Shown piece by piece: positions 1 through 7,290 of a stretch of 52,626 nt of DNA. The DNA lies in IMG/VR virus record IMGVR_UViG_3300006790_000021, positions 1 through 52,626 of that record; one strand, 5' to 3'. How positions within the stretch are numbered: the first letter of the stretch is position 1; every line of letters starts with the position of its first letter. Source of the stretch: a virus. Lineage: Duplodnaviria > Caudoviricetes. Made by a program: the position numbers and the translations under genes. The notes beneath the pieces were generated by a model, which was not told the DNA's origin, searched no databases, and saw nothing but the letters and a program-made list of their open reading frames with translations.

Positions 1-198
1 AAAAAAAAAAAAAAAGGAATACAAACATGGGCTGGAAGTGAATCAGGATTTTCAAGATAATCAAGAGGTTAAATTGAGCTAAGATGGTCAAGATAACTAA
101 GATAATAAAGTAAACTTAGAAAGTAAAGACAACCATATATTCCAAGTGAATTAAAATATCCAAGACAACCAAGAGTAATTATACTCAAGTTTTGTAAA

Positions 199-561
199 TT
201 GCAGTTAAACCAATATGCTATGATAGTCTCAATCATTTTAACTGGAATTTGCATCACCTGTACAATTCTTATTTTTTACCGTTTAGCTATATATAAGCAA
301 AAATTTGCTCAAATGAATAGAATAAAGCGCCTATTCATACAGTTAGACAATCTTGCCATGATCTTCCATGCCCTTGTAATAGAGGGCGCAATTGACCCAA
401 ATCAGGCCATAGATATACTTGAGAAGATTAAATTTCAGATTCCGGATGTTGATACTCTTATGAGAACAAAACGGCCCTTAGAAGCAGAATATTGGATTGA
501 TGAAGATGTTTTAAAAATACTAAAAGACTCGTTATATGCATTTGATAGCAATAAGCACTGA
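199..561 (+). CDS. hypothetical membrane-anchored protein (true start probably ATG 220)
   Basis: N-terminal hydrophobic helix IVSIILTGICITCTILIFY followed by a helical soluble domain. Confidence 0.6.
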   Translation: MQLNQYAMIVSIILTGICITCTILIFYRLAIYKQKFAQMNRIKRLFIQLDNLAMIFHALVIEGAIDPNQAIDILEKIKFQIPDVDTLMRTKRPLEAEYWIDEDVLKILKDSLYAFDSNKH

Positions 562-766
562 AAATACACCTATACGTATAGTAAGAGCAAAAGATAAATT
601 ATACAGAGCTTTAGGAGGCTCCAGAGAGAGAATACAGCAGACTGTAGAACTAGCATTAAGTGGTCGTGATGGGCATGAGGAGGCTAAAAAGCTTCTGGAT
701 GAGCTCATGGAGCTTGATGATTATCCAATTGATCTCATAGAAGTAGCAGAATATGTAGAGATTTAG
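536..766 (+). CDS. hypothetical protein
   Basis: 76-aa ORF overlapping the previous gene, protein-like composition. Confidence 0.65.
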   Translation: MHLIAISTENTPIRIVRAKDKLYRALGGSRERIQQTVELALSGRDGHEEAKKLLDELMELDDYPIDLIEVAEYVEI

Positions 767-774
767 TATCTTGC
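767..774 (+). promoter_or_regulatory. putative Bacteroidota-type -7 promoter element (TATCTTGC)
   Basis: Resembles TAnnTTTG; about 35 nt upstream of the peptidase ATG; similar words sit in other intergenic gaps. Confidence 0.4.
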
Positions 775-808
775 ACTCAACAGTTCCGGCATCATTAAAT
801 TAAATGCT

Positions 809-1774
809 ATGAGTAAGATTATGATTCCGGATTTTATTGTAAATAATACTACACCATTACTTACCCTGACTGAAAACATCACTTGGAATCTTTCTGATTA
901 TAGAATTGATACTCTTCATCAGAAAGGATACAAAGGTAAAGGAGTGAAAATAGGTGTTGTAGATACTGGTTTAGCACCACATAATGATCTTAAGCATGTA
1001 TATGGATTGGATTTCACAGGTACCGGTTTACTTGATGAACATGGTCATGGTACACATGTAGCCGGAATCATTGCCGCACTTGAGAACAACCACGGTATAC
1101 GTGGCATTGCACCCGAAGCCAGAATTGATATTTATAAAGTAATTAGCAGAAGAACTGGATCTGTAAAACACTTGATTGAGGCTATTGACCGTGCAATAGC
1201 AGAAAAATGTAATATTCTGAACATGAGTCTGGGTATTGAAGTAGATATTCCTGATCTGAAGGCAGCATGCCAAAGAGCACATGATGCCGGTATTCTTATG
1301 ATCTGTGCTTCGGGTAATTCCGGAAACAGTCTCATGAGTTATCCTGGAGCATATGATAGCTGTATTGCTGTAGGCTCAGTAAACAGAAATAAGCAGGTGA
1401 GTGCATTCACATCCCATGGTCAACCCTTGGATGTGATGGCGCCTGGTGAAAAAATCCTTAGCACTTATCTTGATAACGGTTATGCTGTACTTTCAGGTAC
1501 AAGTATGGCTGCACCTTGGGTAACCGGTGTTTGTGCAATGTTAATAGGGGCTGGAGTTAAAGTTGATTATGATCTCATTACAAGTTGTACTACAGATATC
1601 AATGATCCCGGGTTTGATCATAAGAGTGGATATGGAATATTTGATCCACACAAGGCTCTCCTCACACTGACGCCTCCAGAAAAAGAAGAAGAGGAAACAA
1701 GTGATGAAGAGATGGCTGAAATCCTTAATAATATGTATGGACTTCTCCAGAGAGCCATAGGGCTCCTTAAATGA
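809..1774 (+). CDS. S8 subtilisin-like serine peptidase, intracellular (ISP) type
   Basis: Catalytic motifs VVDTG, HGTHVAG, GTSMAAP and oxyanion SGN; no signal peptide; short N-terminal extension KIMIPDF. Confidence 0.95.
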   Translation: MSKIMIPDFIVNNTTPLLTLTENITWNLSDYRIDTLHQKGYKGKGVKIGVVDTGLAPHNDLKHVYGLDFTGTGLLDEHGHGTHVAGIIAALENNHGIRGIAPEARIDIYKVISRRTGSVKHLIEAIDRAIAEKCNILNMSLGIEVDIPDLKAACQRAHDAGILMICASGNSGNSLMSYPGAYDSCIAVGSVNRNKQVSAFTSHGQPLDVMAPGEKILSTYLDNGYAVLSGTSMAAPWVTGVCAMLIGAGVKVDYDLITSCTTDINDPGFDHKSGYGIFDPHKALLTLTPPEKEEEETSDEEMAEILNNMYGLLQRAIGLLK

Positions 1775-1950
1775 TAATTTATATAGGTAAAAGTGGTTCT
1801 GGCTATAGACCAGAACTTGCACTAGTAACAACCTCTGGTACTAAAACCTGGTTATACTACTTTGCTCATGGAAGATTTAGTAGATCTTCAATAATATACA
1901 ACATGATGTTTAATAGAATTGATGATATAATCTCTAACCTTCCATGGTAG
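1771..1950 (+). CDS. microprotein 1 (59 aa, MIIYIGKSGSGY...NLPW)
   Basis: Translated by hand; ATGA overlap with the peptidase stop. Confidence 0.55.
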   Translation: MIIYIGKSGSGYRPELALVTTSGTKTWLYYFAHGRFSRSSIIYNMMFNRIDDIISNLPW

Positions 1951-2063
1951 AAATTACAATATGTTCTATAGCTCACCCACATCAAAAGAAAAAAAAAAAG
2001 GAAATAATATCATCCTCTATTGCTACTTTAACAAACATGCAGGAATATGAAAATCATCATTGA
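1944..2063 (+). CDS. microprotein 2 (39 aa, MVEITICSIAHPHQKKKKKE...), contains an A11 tract
   Basis: ATG overlaps the previous stop; the -1 frame after the A tract stops at 2050 in an ATGA overlap with the next ORF. Confidence 0.4.
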   Translation: MVEITICSIAHPHQKKKKKEIISSSIATLTNMQEYENHH

Positions 2064-2232
2064 GAATTCTGTACTTGGGATACCGGCTACTATGAAATCC
2101 TTTCTGACCGTTTTAATTATCTCTAGGATATTTGTAGTCGACAAAGATAGGTTTGTCATGGATACCTATAATGATTATATGTATTGTAATATAAATACCA
2201 GTGGGTTCCAAAAAATCATGTTTATCTTGTGA
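2047..2232 (+). CDS. microprotein 3 (61 aa, MKIIIENS...)
   Basis: ORF track; stop overlaps the next start as GTGA. Confidence 0.5.
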   Translation: MKIIIENSVLGIPATMKSFLTVLIISRIFVVDKDRFVMDTYNDYMYCNINTSGFQKIMFIL

Positions 2233-2432
2233 AAAACTCTAAAACAACATTTATCAGAGTAACACCACCCTCAGAGTCTAATGAAAAATTAATATTAATA
2301 TCTATACATCCTCGTAGCAACCGGCTAATAGTATATGGATCGGTCTATCAAAAGGCAATATGGTTAAGTAATTATGAAATTGAGATAGTAGTTGGTCGTG
2401 TGGTGCGGAGATTTTCACTATTAACATTATGA
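2229..2432 (+). CDS. microprotein 4 (67 aa)
   Basis: GTGA overlap upstream and ATGA overlap downstream. Confidence 0.5.
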   Translation: MKNSKTTFIRVTPPSESNEKLILISIHPRSNRLIVYGSVYQKAIWLSNYEIEIVVGRVVRRFSLLTL

Positions 2433-2572
2433 AAATATTTATATATAGTAGAACATTAGCCATATCCAGTAGATACACTACTCCTCTAGTCCCGATATGT
2501 GACCTAGCAGATATTATACTTGTTGTAAACAAAAAAAAGGGAATTGCGTGGACAACTCTATATCTGTCATGA
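2429..2572 (+). CDS. microprotein 5 (47 aa, MKIFIYSR...TTLYLS)
   Basis: Translated by hand; ATGA overlaps at both ends. Confidence 0.5.
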   Translation: MKIFIYSRTLAISSRYTTPLVPICDLADIILVVNKKKGIAWTTLYLS

Positions 2573-2712
2573 TGGAAATCCGCATCACTATAGTGCCTTT
2601 CAGTTATAGCAAATATAGAGTTGCTAGTGAGGCCAATATGGAATTACGTCAGGAGTGTACAAGATTTATTCTATGTGTTTATAATGTAGTAGATTATTTT
2701 ATAGAACTGTAA
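2569..2712 (+). CDS. microprotein 6 (47 aa, MMEIRITIV...YFIEL)
   Basis: Translated by hand; ATGA overlap; stop lies 2 nt from the stop of the convergent gene. Confidence 0.5.
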   Translation: MMEIRITIVPFSYSKYRVASEANMELRQECTRFILCVYNVVDYFIEL

Positions 2713-2714
2713 AC

Positions 2715-3980
2715 TTAATCAAGCTCTCTCCACGTAAGAGACCCTTCAATATCTACATCTGTAGAACCTGATATTGGTCTAACACCAAGAACAATAGCAT
2801 CTGTAGTACCATCAATTAGTGCTCCTAACCTCAGAGCGTTCGTAAGACTTGCACTCATTGAGCCTGCTGAACCGGCCTGCACACCTCCTGATTCTGCAAA
2901 ACCAGATTGCATAAGAAAAGCCTCACCAGCTAATGTGACAGTATTTGCTGTAACCCCGAATGCTACCTCTATAGCACTATTTGTAATACCGCTGTATGTA
3001 AATGTATCGGCCACTGTAGGATTCCAGTACAAGCCCCATTCAACTTTATGGGATCCCGTATGAAGTTGTATAGTCAAATCTAATAAATCTATAGCTACAG
3101 AAATATGAGTAGACTTAAGTTTAATTCCAATTAGGGCATATATAGAATTTTCAGCGGCTGCGTCAAGATGTGTTCCTGCTGTTGAAGCACTCCTGATTAT
3201 ACCATTGGGTTGTTGACCTCCGGAAGCATGGATCTGGCAACATATGGCTTCCATTGAAGTTCCAGGAGAACTTGCAGTAGTCAGTAGTTGATATCTTACA
3301 GGAAGATTGGGTGTGGACATATATACCCCACTTAGTACATTAGAAGCTGCAAACTTATGACAGATATAGATCTTACTGCCAATTACCACACCAAACTCTG
3401 GATCATTGAGGCCCAGCCAGCCAAATCTGATAAAGAAGATCAAAGGTTTAGTCCAGTCCGCAGTAACTCCTGAAGGACCTTTACCGTCAAGAGTATCTGT
3501 ATTCCATAACGATTGAGGAACATCAGTATCTGATTTAGATCCGGTAATAGAAGATCTGATACGGACATTCATGGTTCCAGCCTTATCTACAAAGGCAAGG
3601 CCATTATTATCATCAATCAGACCAATAGTGGCTTCAGTGCCTGTACCAGAGCCTGATTTACGGATAATTCCTGTAAGAAAGGCGCCGTATTCCTTGCCTG
3701 GTTGATAGTTAAAACGCTGTCTGGTCTGTCTTGTAAATTTACCTGCAGTGTTTACTGTAGAAGTAATTGTAGTACTTGCTCTATTAACTGAATGTGAAGA
3801 GCTAATTCCAGATCCAGTCTCAAGTTCCTCATCCCAATAGAGAGGCCCGTTATCCAAAGTTTGTTTGGAATCAAATAGAGTATATGGAGCTGCTACATAA
3901 AGTCTTCCAAATAAATCCTTGGAATCTGCACTATAACTTACAGTGGACCTGGTATTTGATATGGATGTGCGAAAGCTCAT
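2715..3980 (-). CDS. putative virion structural or tail-associated beta-rich protein
   Basis: 421 aa, S/T/G-rich; DLFGRL..APYTLFDSK and RFNYQPGK-type motifs that I associate with phage structural proteins. Confidence 0.6.
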   Translation of the reverse strand: MSFRTSISNTRSTVSYSADSKDLFGRLYVAAPYTLFDSKQTLDNGPLYWDEELETGSGISSSHSVNRASTTITSTVNTAGKFTRQTRQRFNYQPGKEYGAFLTGIIRKSGSGTGTEATIGLIDDNNGLAFVDKAGTMNVRIRSSITGSKSDTDVPQSLWNTDTLDGKGPSGVTADWTKPLIFFIRFGWLGLNDPEFGVVIGSKIYICHKFAASNVLSGVYMSTPNLPVRYQLLTTASSPGTSMEAICCQIHASGGQQPNGIIRSASTAGTHLDAAAENSIYALIGIKLKSTHISVAIDLLDLTIQLHTGSHKVEWGLYWNPTVADTFTYSGITNSAIEVAFGVTANTVTLAGEAFLMQSGFAESGGVQAGSAGSMSASLTNALRLGALIDGTTDAIVLGVRPISGSTDVDIEGSLTWRELD

Positions 3981-4010
3981 TATATTTTTATTTTATCTAG
4001 TATAGATATA

Positions 4011-4322
4011 TTAGAGTGTTACTACGCTTATATCAGCACCCTCCTTTACCAGTGCAACAGATACTACTCTATTATTAGCCAATTCGTAGTGAACTTGGAG
4101 TTTTTTATTATTTCTAGAATAGATGTGGGTACCGTCTAGTAAGAAACCGGGGGCACCTCCATTAATTCCAGCTACACCATTATTATTAGCATCTTCCATA
4201 TCTGACGCTAAATCTGTTAAAGTTATGTTTATCAAGTCCTGTACATTTCTTACTGCTTCTCTTGTGGTTATAAGATCAGAATAAGCCTGTACTAATGTGT
4301 TTATATTATCTACTATTGCCAT
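4011..4322 (-). CDS. hypothetical protein (tail cassette)
   Basis: 103-aa ORF in the operon. Confidence 0.7.
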   Translation of the reverse strand: MAIVDNINTLVQAYSDLITTREAVRNVQDLINITLTDLASDMEDANNNGVAGINGGAPGFLLDGTHIYSRNNKKLQVHYELANNRVVSVALVKEGADISVVTL

Positions 4323-4333
4323 GTTTTTATGTT

Positions 4334-6745
4334 TTAAGCAGGTTCAAATGTTAAAGCTACTGCCAACCCTTGTGCATTTGTTGTATCATAATTGTTTGTA
4401 ACACTTATTGAAATTGTATCTCCTGTCTGAAGATCATCATTTGCTGCATCTACAGAACCATCACTTGCGGTATACTGGTTATCATCCAGTGTGATTGCAG
4501 TACTCAGCATATTAGCATTACTACCTGCTCGTCTTCTGACTACTTGAACATCCAGTGTTTCTGATCCGGTGGTGGAACCTAATGTGTATACTGATGCAGT
4601 AGCAGCAGTTAAAAGTAATCCATTATATGCTGCAGGGACTGTATACATTTCTGTACCTGTACCTGTTGTTGCATCTGTAGTATTACCATACACGCTTATA
4701 TGTGCATGTTTTTCACGACCGGAGTTGGCTACCCATGAAAAAGTATCACCGTTATCGTCATACTCTAATACAGAATAGGAAGTACCTCCTGTTGGCTCAG
4801 CAGGAATATCGGTCAGGTCACTCAGTGTCTCAATATAAGGAGCGTCTAATATTGTACCATCTGAAGCAACCGCGATGTTATAAGCCTCTGTTCCGGTTTT
4901 GCTCCCAGCCCCATGATCATTGAAAATAATATCAGCCCCATCAATGGTGATTCTAGCTGATCTTGCTGCCGTACTATTTGCAGCCGTTGTTGAAAAATCT
5001 ATTACTCCATGATATGATGAGGCGGAGGCTGTACTTCCTGTTTTAAATTCTAATGAGAGAGGACTTCGGTATGCACCGTTTAGGTAAGGATAAGCTGCGA
5101 CAGTAAAAAGTGTCTGGCTTGCGCCCACATCAGTTGGTGATGCAACTGATCCTAATGATCTATATGCTTCAAATAAATTTCTTCGAGTTGTGGTAGGACT
5201 TGAATTTCTGAAACTGAATCTTGTGTGATTATTAGCACCTTCATTTTCAATACTGAAAACCTGATTTGACCCATTTCCTTTCAAGGAAAATCCATTTGTT
5301 GTCACAGTGAAAGCATCAATCGCTGCTGTTGCCCCCTCATTTGTAGCATCAAATATACCATTACTTGAACCACCAGCCGCATTTAGAGTTCCTGATGTAA
5401 GAGTTAGATTAGTACCTAGGGTGAGCCCCTGCATTGTCCCGTTAGCATCAAAATACACAAGCTCATCATTTAAACCTACATAGGTAAATCCTGACGGTAG
5501 TGTTTGAGTATCTCCTGTTGTAGTATCTATCATTAACCCTCTTGAAACAACTAAGTTTCTCTTTTGCATTAGATTTTGTACAGGAATAGAATATACTGGA
5601 ATATTCAACAACCTCGTCTGGTAATTTGTAGGAGCAGTTGGATCAACACCCCCTGTCCCATACATGTAGGTAACTATGAGTCCGTTACCTTTCTGAATAA
5701 AAGCAGCAGACTGAATCCAGCCGGTATTATCCGTTTCAGCCGGAAGAATATGAAATGGTGTAAATTCTCCTATGTTCTTATCAACATCCAGAGTTGCTGC
5801 AGACAGTACTAAGTGTCTTCTATTTAGATAGTAATCTGTAGGGGGAACAACTGTACCTGTAGCAGAATTCCTACTTAACTCGTTTGAAGCCGCAATGTAC
5901 ATTTCCTGAGCAGAAACATATTTGATTTTGGTTTGAGAATTCGGAGCATAAAAGTCCATTTGATATTCAGCAGACCAGTTTGCCCCGTTGTTTGTAGAAT
6001 CACTTGCATATAGATATCCAGATAATGTACGCCAGTAAATAGTAAGGGTATTATCGTGATAATTTTCAAACATTCCCGGCTCAAAACATTTATCACTTGG
6101 ACCTGAAATTGTAGGCAAATCTACACTTGTCCAAGAGGTTCCTTCATTGTCAGTATAGTGTAATTCCAAATTAGCAACCATGTTGTTGCTATTTGTCCCT
6201 GATGTGATTCTGTTGCTTGGATAGAATATTCTACCACTTACTGCTTTATAAAGAACCCCATTTGCAGGTGCTCTATACTCTGCATCTGAATATAAAAGAG
6301 TAGCATCTCCCCAAGTAGCACCATCATCCGTAGATTTAGCATAGTAAATATCAGCGTCATTAGGAGAATCCACAATATGTAGAAATACCAGAAGAATATC
6401 ATCATTGGATAACCTGAGTAGAGATGGGTTTCTGATACTATCATCAGCCAACATCCCTAAATCAAGATTTAATACTGTAGGGGTTGTCCAGGTTTGACCA
6501 CCATCTGCAGAAGTCATGGAGACCATTTCAGATATGGAGCCGTCTGCTGCTCCACTTGGAAATGCCCCCATCATAATCATTAGACTACCATCAAGTAGTT
6601 CTATTAGATCAGCTTCTCCTGAACGATCATATAATGTGTTATCCAATACTGTAGCTGTAAAGAAAGTAGAGTCTAAATTAACAGTTTCTCCTCCGCCTCC
6701 ACCTGTTCCTGCAAAATCAGTATTAAATGCGCCTCTAAATGACAT
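4334..6745 (-). CDS. tail spike/fibre with a BNR (Asp-box) sialidase-like beta-propeller
   Basis: Asp boxes SADGGQTW, STDDGATW, TDNEGTSW and STNNGANW; fibre-like segments TLGTNLTLTSGTLNAAGG and LSDLTDI in the C-terminal half. Confidence 0.8.
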   Translation of the reverse strand: MSFRGAFNTDFAGTGGGGGETVNLDSTFFTATVLDNTLYDRSGEADLIELLDGSLMIMMGAFPSGAADGSISEMVSMTSADGGQTWTTPTVLNLDLGMLADDSIRNPSLLRLSNDDILLVFLHIVDSPNDADIYYAKSTDDGATWGDATLLYSDAEYRAPANGVLYKAVSGRIFYPSNRITSGTNSNNMVANLELHYTDNEGTSWTSVDLPTISGPSDKCFEPGMFENYHDNTLTIYWRTLSGYLYASDSTNNGANWSAEYQMDFYAPNSQTKIKYVSAQEMYIAASNELSRNSATGTVVPPTDYYLNRRHLVLSAATLDVDKNIGEFTPFHILPAETDNTGWIQSAAFIQKGNGLIVTYMYGTGGVDPTAPTNYQTRLLNIPVYSIPVQNLMQKRNLVVSRGLMIDTTTGDTQTLPSGFTYVGLNDELVYFDANGTMQGLTLGTNLTLTSGTLNAAGGSSNGIFDATNEGATAAIDAFTVTTNGFSLKGNGSNQVFSIENEGANNHTRFSFRNSSPTTTRRNLFEAYRSLGSVASPTDVGASQTLFTVAAYPYLNGAYRSPLSLEFKTGSTASASSYHGVIDFSTTAANSTAARSARITIDGADIIFNDHGAGSKTGTEAYNIAVASDGTILDAPYIETLSDLTDIPAEPTGGTSYSVLEYDDNGDTFSWVANSGREKHAHISVYGNTTDATTGTGTEMYTVPAAYNGLLLTAATASVYTLGSTTGSETLDVQVVRRRAGSNANMLSTAITLDDNQYTASDGSVDAANDDLQTGDTISISVTNNYDTTNAQGLAVALTFEPA

Positions 6746-6755
6746 ATGTAATAAT

Positions 6756-7178
6756 TTAAGACCTGGAAACTAAATTAATAATACCGTTTACAGCACCTGC
6801 AGAACCGGTAATATTAGTAACTGTAACCTCAATAATGGGTGCTTCAGGAAGTAAACCCTCATATGACCAGGATCCGGGACCAAAAGTTTGAAAACTCAAG
6901 TTACTACCATCAGATTTTACTATATTTATAGCAAAGATACCTTCAGTATCGGACTGGAATTCCATAGCGCGTATGTCACCAGAAACTGTACCACCAAAAG
7001 ATTCAGTATCATCAATAGTACCTGTAAAGACGTATGACGTCGTTGGAGTAGGAGTTGAGGTTTCTGTTCCTCCAAGAGCCACAGAAATTCTCTCCATACA
7101 TGATGTAAGTCTCCGAAGATTTGCAAACAAGTTATCTACCTTACTAGTAGTCCAGGGTGTACCTTTGGTGCGGCTCAT
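6756..7178 (-). CDS. hypothetical structural protein
   Basis: 140 aa; short helix, Thr/Pro linker and beta-rich domain; first gene of the cassette. Confidence 0.65.
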   Translation of the reverse strand: MSRTKGTPWTTSKVDNLFANLRRLTSCMERISVALGGTETSTPTPTTSYVFTGTIDDTESFGGTVSGDIRAMEFQSDTEGIFAINIVKSDGSNLSFQTFGPGSWSYEGLLPEAPIIEVTVTNITGSAGAVNGIINLVSRS

Positions 7179-7290
7179 ATCACTTCATTTAGAAGGTTAC
7201 TCACTTGGAATGCCCAAGGACTTACAAGATAAGAAACTGACTATCAAGTTAAAATACCCATAATTACATAATTACAAAACACTTTAGCCT
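7179..7290. promoter_or_regulatory. divergent promoter region (tail cassette / polB)
   Basis: Gap between divergent genes; minus-strand TATCTTGT at 7224-7231; hairpin CTTGG-AATGC-CCAAG at 7204-7218; tandem CATAATTA x2 at 7259-7274. Confidence 0.5.

Noticed and set aside
1771-2712. The microprotein region as one frameshifted pseudogene
   Set aside because: Frame changes coincide with start/stop overlaps and similar N-termini, which is not expected of random decay. It cannot be fully excluded without homologs.
7179-7290. tRNA or structured ncRNA in this and other intergenic gaps
   Set aside because: Only a 5-bp hairpin is present; no cloverleaf or T-loop GTTCGA context was seen.
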